64,000 nt of DNA from Akkermansia sp. (GTDB lineage Bacteria; Verrucomicrobiota; Verrucomicrobiia; Verrucomicrobiales; Akkermansiaceae), in assembly GCA_017472085.1 (NCBI GenBank), contig JAFUQZ010000084.1:424-64423 (forward strand), written 5' to 3'. The first letter of the stretch is position 1. Each line of letters opens with the position of its first letter. This document shows, piece by piece, positions 39,842-49,124 of this stretch. Both the position numbers and the translations under genes were made by a program. The notes below the pieces were generated by a model that did no database searches, was not told where the DNA came from, and saw only the letters and a program-made list of their open reading frames with translations.

Positions 39842-41137
39842 ATGAAAAAGATTTTTAGCACAATATTGACTGTGGTGCTGGCAGCGGGGCTTTCCCTGCA
39901 CGCAGCCACGGTGGTCAAAAACTATGATGAGGCTACCAGGGCCGTGGGCAAGAACGGGTACATCGTGTTCGTCTATGGTGCCAACTGGGATCCGACCGGC
40001 CTGCAGATTTGCAGGAAACACATGGACTCACCGGAGGTGAAAGAGGCGGCCGGCGATGCCGTGTTGTGGACGGTTCCGTTTTACCAGCTGCCCACGGATG
40101 AGCAGAAAACAGACCAGAATATCAAGTGGGGGGCTTTGAAAGTGCCGCATGTTTTCAGTGCTGAGTCCTATCCGGCGCTGCTGCTCTACGATAAGAACGA
40201 GGTCAATTATGCCGCCCTGAATGGTGCCCTGGTGCAGAAAGGAACCCCGGCAGAAGTGGCTGCCGTGCTCAGGGAAACCATCGCCAACAAACACAAGCGG
40301 GATGAGATTATGACCAGGGCAGACGCAGCGCAGGGGGTGGAGAAGGCAAAACTTCTGCTGGAGGCCTGCCGTATTCCCGGCCTGCACCGCCCTGACAGAA
40401 TCCTGGAAACCATCAAATCAGCAGACCCTCAGGACCAGTCCGGAGCCACCCGCACGCTGACGTATGAACCCAGCGCCAAGGCTGAGGCCTATAGTGAGAA
40501 AACCATGGCAGAAGCCATAGCCGACATGGAGAAACTGTTGCAGGATCCGGTATTCACGCCGGAACAGCGCCAGTCCATGTACGCCATCATGGTGGGCAAG
40601 ATTCACCTGGAGGGTACTTATGATGATCGCGCCAAAATCCTTGAGATGACGAAGAAGATGCAGGAACTGAACCCGGATTCTCTGCTGGGGCGCTCTGCGG
40701 TGGTGGCAGGGCGGCTCTGGGGCGGGCAGATTAACTACGAGACCGGGTGGTCTCCGCTGTGCCTTCCTCCCGGTGGGGGATTGGTGCAGATTGTCGGTCG
40801 GGTGCCCATCAGCTCACCCGGGCGCTATACCGTAACCTTTGTCAAAACAGGCGGCTCGGATTTGCGAGTTCTTGCCGTGGAGGTGCACAAAGACGGGAAA
40901 AAAGTCGGCGGAGATGAGCATACCTGCGTGGTTCAGACCCCCAGAAAAGAAGAGGCAGACCCGAAACAGAAAGGCCCCCGGCGTCTCAGCTCTCGTGCAC
41001 GCTCTGCGCAGAAAGATGATAATGAGATGAATAACGTGTATACCGTGAACATTCCCAAGGGCGATAATGTGACACTACATGTGCGCGTTGAAAATGGCGG
41101 CAACTGCTACGGGCGTGTCATCATCAGAAAGAAATAA
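39842..41137 (+). CDS. Secreted protein with thioredoxin-like N-terminal domain lacking CxxC
   Basis: Start MKKIFSTILTVVLAAG; YIVFVYGANWDPTG aligns by eye to the LDFTGSDWCxxC motif; YPALLLYD cis-Pro loop. Confidence 0.65.
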   Translation: MKKIFSTILTVVLAAGLSLHAATVVKNYDEATRAVGKNGYIVFVYGANWDPTGLQICRKHMDSPEVKEAAGDAVLWTVPFYQLPTDEQKTDQNIKWGALKVPHVFSAESYPALLLYDKNEVNYAALNGALVQKGTPAEVAAVLRETIANKHKRDEIMTRADAAQGVEKAKLLLEACRIPGLHRPDRILETIKSADPQDQSGATRTLTYEPSAKAEAYSEKTMAEAIADMEKLLQDPVFTPEQRQSMYAIMVGKIHLEGTYDDRAKILEMTKKMQELNPDSLLGRSAVVAGRLWGGQINYETGWSPLCLPPGGGLVQIVGRVPISSPGRYTVTFVKTGGSDLRVLAVEVHKDGKKVGGDEHTCVVQTPRKEEADPKQKGPRRLSSRARSAQKDDNEMNNVYTVNIPKGDNVTLHVRVENGGNCYGRVIIRKK

Positions 41138-41166
41138 GTGAATCTGCTTTGTTGCTGTTGCTTTTC

Positions 41167-41197
41167 GCCTGTGGTCTGTTGACTACAGGCGTTTTTC
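41167..41197 (+). terminator. Rho-independent terminator
   Basis: CGCCTGTGGTC / GACTACAGGCG stem followed by T5. Confidence 0.8.
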
Positions 41198-41594
41198 CTT
41201 GTCTTTTTGTTAGGGAAAAATGTTTTCTTCCGCTGGGGCTTATTCTGATTGGTGCTGATTGATTCGTATGCTGCTTTGATAGGTTGGCGTTGCTGCTTCG
41301 TTTGTTGCTTTATATCAATGAATGAGAGTTAATCGGATGTCGCGTCTTGCGTGAGGGGAGCGAGATTGTTGCAGGAGAAAAGAGAGGGTGATTATGAGAA
41401 TCGGTAAGAGGAAGTCGTCGCATCTGCGGAAAATATATTGAATGAAATTATGCGGTTTGGAGTTCATAAATGGCTTGTTTTTCAGTAAATGACACAAAAA
41501 AGTGATAAAATGGGGCAGAAATGGAGGAAAAATATCTTTCTTGCTTGCAATGTGTGGAAAAAAAGAGTAAAAGGAGACCAGTAACAACTTTTTT

Positions 41595-42008
41595 ATGGCT
41601 AAGAAACACGCAACATATACAGCAAAGGAAAAAACGGAGATAGTATTGCGAATTCTTCAGAAAGGTCGTGATAATACCATTCAGAAAGTGGCTGCGGAAA
41701 AGAACATCGTGCCCACGCTGATTTCTCTCTGGAAAAAGCAGGCTGAAGAGGCCATCCTCAATCGCTTTGAGAATGCGACTCCCGGTCGTCGTAAATCCAC
41801 GGAGCCCAAGGTTGCCGTGAAGGAAGATGTCCGCGCAGCCAGGTCTGAGCTTCGTCGAGCCAGAACCCGCGCTACCAAGGCGGAGAATAAGCTCAAGGAG
41901 GTTACTGAGCGTCTGACTGCCCTGGAGCAGGGTATCACGGCCATGTCCGAAGCCATGGGCTGCAAGCTGGTGAAGAAGCGCGCCAAGCGCGGTTCCCGCA
42001 AAGCTTGA
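41595..42008 (+). CDS. HTH protein resembling IS3-family OrfA (HTH_Tnp_1) with coiled coil and basic tail; no OrfB
   Basis: YTAKEKTEIVLRIL..TIQKVAAEKNIVPTLISLWKKQ, then coiled coil; followed by a terminator and prc. Confidence 0.7.
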   Translation: MAKKHATYTAKEKTEIVLRILQKGRDNTIQKVAAEKNIVPTLISLWKKQAEEAILNRFENATPGRRKSTEPKVAVKEDVRAARSELRRARTRATKAENKLKEVTERLTALEQGITAMSEAMGCKLVKKRAKRGSRKA

Positions 42009-42034
42009 GTTTCGCTGCCTCTGCCGGCGAACAT

Positions 42035-42078
42035 GGAATCACCGGTGCACTCTGAGGAGTTGCCGGTGATTCCTGTTT
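42035..42078 (+). terminator. Hairpin terminator after the HTH gene
   Basis: GGAATCACCGG / CCGGTGATTCC 11-bp stem then TGTTT. Confidence 0.7.
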
Positions 42079-42173
42079 CCGGGGGTGTCCCCCGTTTTGG
42101 TGTGTCATGATTCAAATAAGATGACAGATGCGGAGTGTCTGAACCGTATCAATGGGCATGATAAGCATCGCGC

Positions 42174-44438
42174 GTGCATGTGCGGGCGCAATGCCGGATG
42201 TTTTACAATATGAAGAAGAGTTTTCAACAATGGATGAGAGGAATGCGGGTTGCCGGAGCGCTGGCAATCGCGGCGGTTGCGGCTGTGTCTGCTCCTGTGC
42301 AGGCCGAGCCTGATTATGATTTGATAGGTAAGCAGTTTTCGCTTGTTCTGCAGAATGCCCACTTTTCCCGTGAGCGTTTTTCGCAGGAGCAGTATGCCAG
42401 ATTCCTGGAGTGCTATGTCCAGACCCAGGACCCGCAGCATTTGTTCCTGAGCGAAGACGAGGTGCAGCAACTGCGCAGCAAGTATGCCACAAGCTTCGGG
42501 GATTACCTGCTGGCCAATCAGACGGCGCGCCTGGCAGAGGAATTGTACTCTTTTTACAGCGAACGGGCGCTGGCTCGCATTTCTTTTGCAGAGAAGCTTC
42601 TGCGACAGTATGAGGATAAGTTGCCCGCCTTTGATTCCGAGCGAACAACCGCTCGCACACGGCGCAAGCTGCCGCGTTCGGCCAACGCTGCTGAGCTGGA
42701 GCAGGTCTGGCGTGACCAGGTGGAGGATATGTTGCTCTCCGAGGTCATCCGTCGCGAAAATGTGGCTAAACTGGCAGCAGAAAAGGGGAAACCCGACCCC
42801 AATGCCAAGGAGAAGCCCATAGTGGAGAAACTGCTGGCACGTCTGAAGCGCATGCGCAACGATATCCAGGAAGCAGACCGCGAGGATATGGTGTCTTACC
42901 TGCTCAATGCCGTGGCGCATGTGTACGACCCGCACAGCGATTACATGGGTGCCCGGGAGGAGCAGCGCTTCAAGGACATGATTAAGGCCTCCATCGTCGG
43001 TATCGGTGCCCGCCTCAAGTCTGATGACGATGGCTCCACCGTCATTGAGGGTATTGTGAAGGGCGGCCCTGCCGCCAAGTGTGGTCAGCTTCAGCTGGGT
43101 GACCGTATCGTGGCCGTTGCCAAGGATGGGGATGAGAACTGGACCGATATCATGTTCCTGAGCATTGATAAGGTGGTGGACCTCATTCGCGGCAGGAAGG
43201 GACAGCAGGTGAAACTGCGTGTGCTGGATGCCGAGGGCGGCAATGAGCGCGTCGTATCCATCGTGCGCGATGAAATCCCCATGTCGGAGGAGCTGGCCAG
43301 CGGACGCGTGATTCACCTGACCGCCCCGGATGCCAATGGGCAGCCGCGGAAGTATTGCCTGGGTGTGCTGACGCTGCCTTCGTTCTACGTTGATCTGGAT
43401 GACGGGGAGGTTCACTGCGCGGCGGATGTGAAGCGCATTCTGCGCCGGATGATAATGGAGGGCGTGGAAGGTATCGTGCTTGACCTTCGCTTCAACGGTG
43501 GCGGCTCTCTGGATGAGGTACGCAAGATGGTGGGCTTCTTTACCGGAGCCGGTCCGGTCGTGCAGGTGAAGGATTCCCGAGGGCATGTGGAGCGCCTGAC
43601 GGTGAGCGGTCGTCCCATTTTCCGTGGTGATCTGGTGGTGCTTATCAACAAGCTCAGCGCCTCTGCTTCCGAGATTTTTGCCGGGGCCATGGTGGACTAC
43701 GGCCGCGCCGTGGTGGCCGGTGATGAATCCACCTTCGGCAAGGGTACGGTACAGGTTCCCAGAGGGCTGGCAGACTACATGCCCTATTTCTCCTCACGCG
43801 AGGGTTGTGGCATGATTAAGGTGACCACGCAGAAGTTCTACCGAGTGGGCGGTGCATCCACGCAGCTGCGGGGTGTGCCCAGCGATATCGTTCTCCCGAC
43901 GGCTACCACCGGGCTGCGTATTTCTGAGGGTGAGCAGGATTATGCCTTGCCCTATGATGAGATTCCCCGTGCCGGCGGATATGTGATGAATACGCGCATT
44001 GCCCGCATCCTGCCGTCTCTGCTGGGCCGCAGTGCAGCCCGTGTGGCGAAAGACCCGGATTTGCAGTACATGCAGGAGGATGCCGTGCGGGCGGATGAAC
44101 GCCAGAAGAAAAACAGCGTTTCCCTTAACAAGAAAGTGCGCGAGGAAGAAAATGAAGCCCTCCTTGCCCGTAAGAAGCGCATAGATGAGGAGCGCAAGGT
44201 ACGCTACGAAAAAATGGCGGCTGAGGATGCGAAGAACATGGTTATCTATCGTCTGAACCTCTCGGATGTGAAAGCAGCCACACTTCCCATTGCTTCCAAG
44301 GAGGACAAAACCGAGTTCATGGATGAGGTGGAAGACCCTGAGGAGGAATTGACCGAAACGCCGGAATACCCCTCCAATCTGGATCCGGTATTGCGAGAGG
44401 GCCTGCATATCGTCAAGGATATGATTGACCTGCGTTGA
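42174..44438 (+). CDS. prc: Carboxy-terminal processing protease (S41A, Prc/Tsp); start may be 20-30 nt further downstream
   Basis: YDPHSDY, PDZ GIGARL..GGPA, DLRFNGGGSL, catalytic SASASEIF and TFGKGTVQ, TTQKFYRVGGASTQLRGV. Confidence 0.95.
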   Translation: MHVRAQCRMFYNMKKSFQQWMRGMRVAGALAIAAVAAVSAPVQAEPDYDLIGKQFSLVLQNAHFSRERFSQEQYARFLECYVQTQDPQHLFLSEDEVQQLRSKYATSFGDYLLANQTARLAEELYSFYSERALARISFAEKLLRQYEDKLPAFDSERTTARTRRKLPRSANAAELEQVWRDQVEDMLLSEVIRRENVAKLAAEKGKPDPNAKEKPIVEKLLARLKRMRNDIQEADREDMVSYLLNAVAHVYDPHSDYMGAREEQRFKDMIKASIVGIGARLKSDDDGSTVIEGIVKGGPAAKCGQLQLGDRIVAVAKDGDENWTDIMFLSIDKVVDLIRGRKGQQVKLRVLDAEGGNERVVSIVRDEIPMSEELASGRVIHLTAPDANGQPRKYCLGVLTLPSFYVDLDDGEVHCAADVKRILRRMIMEGVEGIVLDLRFNGGGSLDEVRKMVGFFTGAGPVVQVKDSRGHVERLTVSGRPIFRGDLVVLINKLSASASEIFAGAMVDYGRAVVAGDESTFGKGTVQVPRGLADYMPYFSSREGCGMIKVTTQKFYRVGGASTQLRGVPSDIVLPTATTGLRISEGEQDYALPYDEIPRAGGYVMNTRIARILPSLLGRSAARVAKDPDLQYMQEDAVRADERQKKNSVSLNKKVREEENEALLARKKRIDEERKVRYEKMAAEDAKNMVIYRLNLSDVKAATLPIASKEDKTEFMDEVEDPEEELTETPEYPSNLDPVLREGLHIVKDMIDLR

Positions 44439-44463
44439 TTCTCCTCATTTAATTATTTCGGAC

Positions 44464-44500
44464 AACGACCTGCGGCCAACTTTCGGCAGCAGGTCGTTTT
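44464..44500 (+). terminator. Rho-independent terminator of prc
   Basis: AACGACCTGC / GCAGGTCGTT stem, T-tract. Confidence 0.75.
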
Positions 44501-44504
44501 CCGT

Positions 44505-44533
44505 TTGTCAAATGCAGCCGGTTGTGCTACCAT
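44505..44533 (+). promoter_or_regulatory. Promoter TTGTCA-17-(TGc)TACCAT, 6 nt before GTG 44540
   Basis: Counted directly; extended -10 TG present. Confidence 0.7.
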
Positions 44534-44539
44534 ACAACC

Positions 44540-46549
44540 GTGCGAGCGTTGGGAATAGTTTTGTCTCTGGTAGGGCTGACGGCTGCTTTTGTGAGCGTGG
44601 CCGGGTCTCCCTCTGCCACTCCGACGGCTTCATCCGCTCACTGGGATGAAACAGCCATACCCGTTTCGCTGCAATGCGCCGCCTGCCACCGCAAGGAGTA
44701 TGATGAATGGGCAGACAGCCACCATGCCCGGGCCTGGCGAAAGTTGCGCGCACAGGATGCGGCGGCGTTTGACGGCCGCCGCATAACCGCACACGGTATG
44801 GAGCTGAGCATGGAGACGGATGCACAGGGTAATCCTCAGATACGCGATGTGCGCTCCGGGCAGGTATATGCCGTGGATTCCGTGGTGGGAACCACGCCGT
44901 TGGAACAGTACCTGGTGCGTTGGCCCGACGGCGGATTGCAGACCCCGAGTGCCGCCTGGGATGTGCAGAAGAAAGAATGGTTTGACGTGTTCCGTGATGA
45001 TGCCTTGCAACAGGCCTCCGGCGGTGCGGAGCGCAACCCCGGCGAGTGGGGACACTGGCAGGGGCGGGGCATGAACTGGAACTCCCAGTGCGCCTGGTGT
45101 CACATGAGCGGATTCCGTAAAAATTATGATGCGGAGAACAATCAGTATGCCTCCTCATGGACCGAGCCGGGGGTCACCTGTGTGCAGTGCCACCGCGTGG
45201 CAGAGAAACCTGCGGATGACGGCTGCATGGTCAGCCGGGAAGACCGCGCGCTCACCCCGCAGCAGCACGATGACAACTGTGCTTCCTGCCATGCCCGCCG
45301 CGAGGAACTGACGGATCGGTTCACCATCGGTGATCGTTTTGATGATCACTATCGCCTGGAATTGCCTGCTGTACCCGGGGTGTTCTATCCCAACGGTCTG
45401 CAACGGGAGGAGGATTATTGCGAGACAAGTTTCCGGCTCAGCCGCATGGGGCACACCGGGGTGACCTGCTATGATTGCCATAACCCGCATACCGGGGGGC
45501 TGACGGAGTCCATGGACAATGACCAACTCTGCCTGCAATGCCATGCCACTAACAAGGTGGTCAACGGGGTGCTTGCCCCGCAGGTGAAGCGCAATGCCCT
45601 CTGCGGCGGGCACGAGAACCGCTGCGTGGATTGCCACATGCCGGAGATGACCTACATGGGGCGCGATTCCCGCCGCGACCATGCCCTCCATTGGCCCGAT
45701 CCCCGCATGAGCATGGAGCTGGGGGTGCCGAATCCCTGTCTGACCTGCCATCAGGACAAGGACCATCAATGGGCGGCCGATTATCTGGAAAAACGCTACG
45801 GGAAGCGTATGGAGAAATACCGCCTGCGTTTCCGTGCTGCCGGTGCAGCCATGCAGGGCAGGGGGAACACCGCGCAGTTGATGGAGGCCTATGCAGCCGA
45901 GGAAGTGAGCGCCTGGCGGGCCACGCTGCTGGGACTCATGGCACAGTACCCCCGCACCCCGGAGGTGGAGGCTCTGTCGCGGCAGGCACAGCAGGATAGC
46001 GACCCGCTGGTGCGCGCTGCGGCGGTGGCTCTGTTGCCGCCGGAGGAGGTGGTCCGCCTGCTGGGCGACGACACGCGCGTGGTGCGCCATGCGGCCGGTT
46101 GGCAGCTTTTCCCCCGGATTACACGCATGCCCGGGGCTGGGACGGTGCTCAGAGAGATGAAAGAAACGGCTGCCTTGCAGAGCGACCAGCCGCCCGGAGC
46201 CATGCAGCTGGCCATGCTGGCAGCGGCAGAGGGCAATCGGGCCGAGGCAGAGAAACAGTATCGCCGTGCCATTCATCTGGATGCCTCCTCGGCCGTGGCC
46301 CGCATGGATTACGCCGTGTTCCTGGCACAGCAGAATCGCCTGGCAGAAGCCCTGCAGCAAATGTTGGCCTGTACTGCCGCCGCACCGGATAATGCGGAGG
46401 CGCAGTATCGTCTCGGTATCCTGCTGGTGGAGGTGGGCATGCCGGAGGCCGGGCGCCGTGCGCTGGAAAAGGCCGTCCGGTTGCAACCGACTCATGCTGC
46501 CGCCGCAGAGACCCTGAGAATACTGAACCAACAGCCGCAACAACGATAA
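44540..46549 (+). CDS. Multiheme c-type cytochrome (8 CxxCH) with HEAT-like and TPR C-terminus
   Basis: CAACH, CAWCH, CVQCH, CASCH, CYDCH, CLQCH, CVDCH, CLTCH; signal peptide from GTG 44540; TPR-like PDNAEAQYRLGILL. Confidence 0.9.
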   Translation: MRALGIVLSLVGLTAAFVSVAGSPSATPTASSAHWDETAIPVSLQCAACHRKEYDEWADSHHARAWRKLRAQDAAAFDGRRITAHGMELSMETDAQGNPQIRDVRSGQVYAVDSVVGTTPLEQYLVRWPDGGLQTPSAAWDVQKKEWFDVFRDDALQQASGGAERNPGEWGHWQGRGMNWNSQCAWCHMSGFRKNYDAENNQYASSWTEPGVTCVQCHRVAEKPADDGCMVSREDRALTPQQHDDNCASCHARREELTDRFTIGDRFDDHYRLELPAVPGVFYPNGLQREEDYCETSFRLSRMGHTGVTCYDCHNPHTGGLTESMDNDQLCLQCHATNKVVNGVLAPQVKRNALCGGHENRCVDCHMPEMTYMGRDSRRDHALHWPDPRMSMELGVPNPCLTCHQDKDHQWAADYLEKRYGKRMEKYRLRFRAAGAAMQGRGNTAQLMEAYAAEEVSAWRATLLGLMAQYPRTPEVEALSRQAQQDSDPLVRAAAVALLPPEEVVRLLGDDTRVVRHAAGWQLFPRITRMPGAGTVLREMKETAALQSDQPPGAMQLAMLAAAEGNRAEAEKQYRRAIHLDASSAVARMDYAVFLAQQNRLAEALQQMLACTAAAPDNAEAQYRLGILLVEVGMPEAGRRALEKAVRLQPTHAAAAETLRILNQQPQQR

Positions 46550-46556
46550 TTTTACT

Positions 46557-47348
46557 ATGGAATTGTTACAGAACCACGCATTGCTGATAGTCCTCGGCGT
46601 TATCCTGCTTGCTATCCTGTTCTTTGTGATATTCAAGGGAGTTATCAGGATGATTGTCCTGGCTACCGCTGTCATCTGTGCCGTGGCGGCATGGATGTTC
46701 CTGCAACGCAATGGATTCACCTATCTGGCCTTTGTCACGGACACACCGCAGCCGTGGATGGTGCAGGTGCTGGCCTGGGGGGCGGCTGTTTTTATCCTGC
46801 TGCTCTTCTTTCACATCATCTCCTGGTTCACGCAGCTGTTCTCCTGGAAGAAAAAGCTGAGCGCCGGCGGGGTGTTGACCACCATTCTGATGAGTCTGCT
46901 GATGCTCTGGGTCGGCGTGATGGGGCTTTCCTACTACGGCAGTATTGCCAAGATTCGCCATTATCACGAGCTGGCAGAGGCGCAGATAAACGGTGCAGCC
47001 CTGCCGTCTCTGCCCTGGAGCACTCGGGCCTGTGATACCCTGCGGCAGCATCCCTGGACCTCCTGGGTGTCTGCCATTGATTTGATGGAGAACCGCGAGC
47101 AGACCAATCTGGCGTGTCTGGTGGCTTTCGGCTGCTCGTTGGATGAGCCCACCTACACCGCTTTTTATAATGCGCAGCTGGCACAGCGGGGAATCCCCCA
47201 GCCCTCGCGTTTCCTGCAGCTTTTCGGAGACCAGGGACTCCGCACTCTGGTGAAAGAGGGACGCTTTGTCACTCTGCTGGAAAATGAGCACCTGACCTCT
47301 TTCCTTCAGTTTCGCGATACCGCGGCCAAGTTCCGCGATATCCTCTGA
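46557..47348 (+). CDS. Membrane protein (about 4 TM plus soluble C-terminal domain)
   Basis: Hydrophobic N-terminal half; 7 nt after the cytochrome gene. Confidence 0.75.
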   Translation: MELLQNHALLIVLGVILLAILFFVIFKGVIRMIVLATAVICAVAAWMFLQRNGFTYLAFVTDTPQPWMVQVLAWGAAVFILLLFFHIISWFTQLFSWKKKLSAGGVLTTILMSLLMLWVGVMGLSYYGSIAKIRHYHELAEAQINGAALPSLPWSTRACDTLRQHPWTSWVSAIDLMENREQTNLACLVAFGCSLDEPTYTAFYNAQLAQRGIPQPSRFLQLFGDQGLRTLVKEGRFVTLLENEHLTSFLQFRDTAAKFRDIL

Positions 47349-47357
47349 GTCTGTCGC

Positions 47358-48335
47358 TCAGAAATCAATTCCCGTTTCGCCCAGGATGTCCGTCAGTTCC
47401 GCATAGGAGGCCACGCGGGAGAGCCGGGGGCGCAGCGGCTTGGTGCCGGGGATGCCCTTGGCGTAGGCCAGCAGGCGGGCGCGCATGGCGCGCATGGTGA
47501 CAAGCTCTTCCCCATAATGCCCGCTGTCGATGGCCATGCGCGTGTGGCGCAGCATGAAGGCAATGCGCTGCGCGGGCGAGGGGGCAGCCGGGATGATGCC
47601 GCTGTGCAGGTATTCTTTCGCCTGACGGAAGAGCCAGGGGGCATTCATGGCGGCGCGGCCAATCATCACACCCGAGACTGCGGTTGTTTCGCGGGCACGT
47701 TGCACATCCTGCGGGGTGCAGATGTCGCCATTACCGATGACGGGAATGCTGATGCTGCGGGCACAGGAGTCAATGATATCCCAGTCGGCCCGGCCTCCGT
47801 ACTGCTGGGAGCGGGTGCGGCCGTGAATGGCGAGTGCCTGTACCCCGGCATCCTGAAGCCGTTGGGCGGCTTCGGTCGCGCAGATATGCTCCGCATCCCA
47901 GCCGATGCGTATTTTGACCGTCACGGGGCAGTCGTTGCCCAGCTCCTGCACCACGGCAGCGGCGATGCGTTGCAGCAGCGGCAAGTCTTTCAGGAGCGAG
48001 GAGCCCCCGTTCTTGCCCACCACCTTGGGAACGGGACACCCGGCATTGATATCCAGAAAATCCGGGTGCATGGCATCCGTAATGATGCGGGCGGCGCGCG
48101 CCATGTGTTCCGGGACGGAGCCGAATATCTGAATACCCAGGGGGCGGTGTTCCTCCGCAAACTCCACGTAGCGCCGATTGCGTTCCCACGCCTGCAATAC
48201 CCCCTCGGCGGAGACGAACTCCGTCACCATGACATCGGCCCCCTCCTCCTTGCACAGCGTGCGGAAGATGGGGTCAGTGACTCCCGCCATGGGAGCCAGA
48301 TACAGGGGAAAGCTGCTGAAATCCGGCAAGGCCAT
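47358..48335 (-). CDS. dusB: tRNA-dihydrouridine synthase B
   Basis: LAPMAGVTD, IQIFGS, DINAGCPVPKV, TVKIRIGWD, IHGRTRSQ, IGNGDI, GVMIGRAA. Confidence 0.95.
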   Translation of the reverse strand: MALPDFSSFPLYLAPMAGVTDPIFRTLCKEEGADVMVTEFVSAEGVLQAWERNRRYVEFAEEHRPLGIQIFGSVPEHMARAARIITDAMHPDFLDINAGCPVPKVVGKNGGSSLLKDLPLLQRIAAAVVQELGNDCPVTVKIRIGWDAEHICATEAAQRLQDAGVQALAIHGRTRSQQYGGRADWDIIDSCARSISIPVIGNGDICTPQDVQRARETTAVSGVMIGRAAMNAPWLFRQAKEYLHSGIIPAAPSPAQRIAFMLRHTRMAIDSGHYGEELVTMRAMRARLLAYAKGIPGTKPLRPRLSRVASYAELTDILGETGIDF

Positions 48336-48341
48336 GGCCTG

Positions 48342-48408
48342 AGTCTAGCATAATTTAGCAATATGAGCAAGTCTTTGGCTTGCGGAAGCGGCGCGCCGGT
48401 GGTATAGT
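48342..48408. promoter_or_regulatory. Back-to-back promoters: dusB (TTGCTC-17-TAGACT, minus, 48370-48342) and pdxH (TTGCGG-17-TATAGT, plus, 48380-48408), each 6 nt before ATG
   Basis: Counted directly from the sequence. Confidence 0.75.
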
Positions 48409-48414
48409 TCGGGT

Positions 48415-49053
48415 ATGGACTTATCTGCATTCAGAGAAGAATACCTCAAGGACACCCTGCATCGCCGGGATCTGGCGGATTCTCCATTCGTCCAGTTTGA
48501 CCGCTGGTTCAAACAGGCGCTGGAGGCCGGCATCCCGGAGCCGAATGCCATCAGCATCGCCACCGCCACCCCGGAGGGTCGCCCCTCCCTGCGCACGGTG
48601 TTGCTGAAGTATTATGATGACCGCGGCTACGTGTTCTTCACCAACTACACCAGTCGCAAAGCACGTGAGCTGGAAGCCAACCCGGAAATATGCATGATGC
48701 TCCCCTGGGTCACGCTGGAGCGCCAGATTATCGTCTACGGCCGCGCAGAGAAGATATCGCGCGCCGAAACCCTCAGATACTTCCTTTCCCGCCCGCGTGA
48801 GAGCCAGCTGGGCGCCTGGGTATCGCACCAGAGTCAGGTGATATCCACCCGCAAGCTTCTGATGATGAAATTGCAGGAGCTGAAGCACAAATTCTCGGAG
48901 GGGCAGGTGCCTCTGCCGGATTTCTGGGGCGGCTTCCGCATTGTCCCGCACCATGTGGAGTTCTGGCAGGGCGGCCCCGGCCGCGTGCATGACCGCTTCA
49001 TGTACACCCTGCAGCCGGATTCCTCCTGGAGCATTGAGCGCCTCCAGCCCTGA
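48415..49053 (+). CDS. pdxH: Pyridoxamine 5'-phosphate oxidase
   Basis: EPNAISIATA..PSLRTVLLK, FFTNYTSRK, YFLSRPRESQLGAWVSHQS, EFWQGGPGRVHDR. Confidence 0.97.
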   Translation: MDLSAFREEYLKDTLHRRDLADSPFVQFDRWFKQALEAGIPEPNAISIATATPEGRPSLRTVLLKYYDDRGYVFFTNYTSRKARELEANPEICMMLPWVTLERQIIVYGRAEKISRAETLRYFLSRPRESQLGAWVSHQSQVISTRKLLMMKLQELKHKFSEGQVPLPDFWGGFRIVPHHVEFWQGGPGRVHDRFMYTLQPDSSWSIERLQP

Positions 49054-49062
49054 AGCGAAAAG

Positions 49063-49098
49063 CACCCCCGCTGAACCTTTCCGGTACAGCGGGGGTGG
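49063..49098. terminator. Hairpin between convergent pdxH and the accessory operon
   Basis: CACCCCCGCTG / CAGCGGGGGTG 11-bp perfect stem. Confidence 0.75.
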
Positions 49099-49124
49099 GG
49101 CATGAATACCAATGCCGCATTTGG

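Noticed and set aside
41200-41594. Replication origin
   Set aside because: Only one DnaA-box-like 9-mer and no dnaA/dnaN/gidA context.
41595-42120. Complete IS3-family element
   Set aside because: No DDE OrfB, frameshift signal, inverted repeats or target duplication; a terminator follows the HTH gene.
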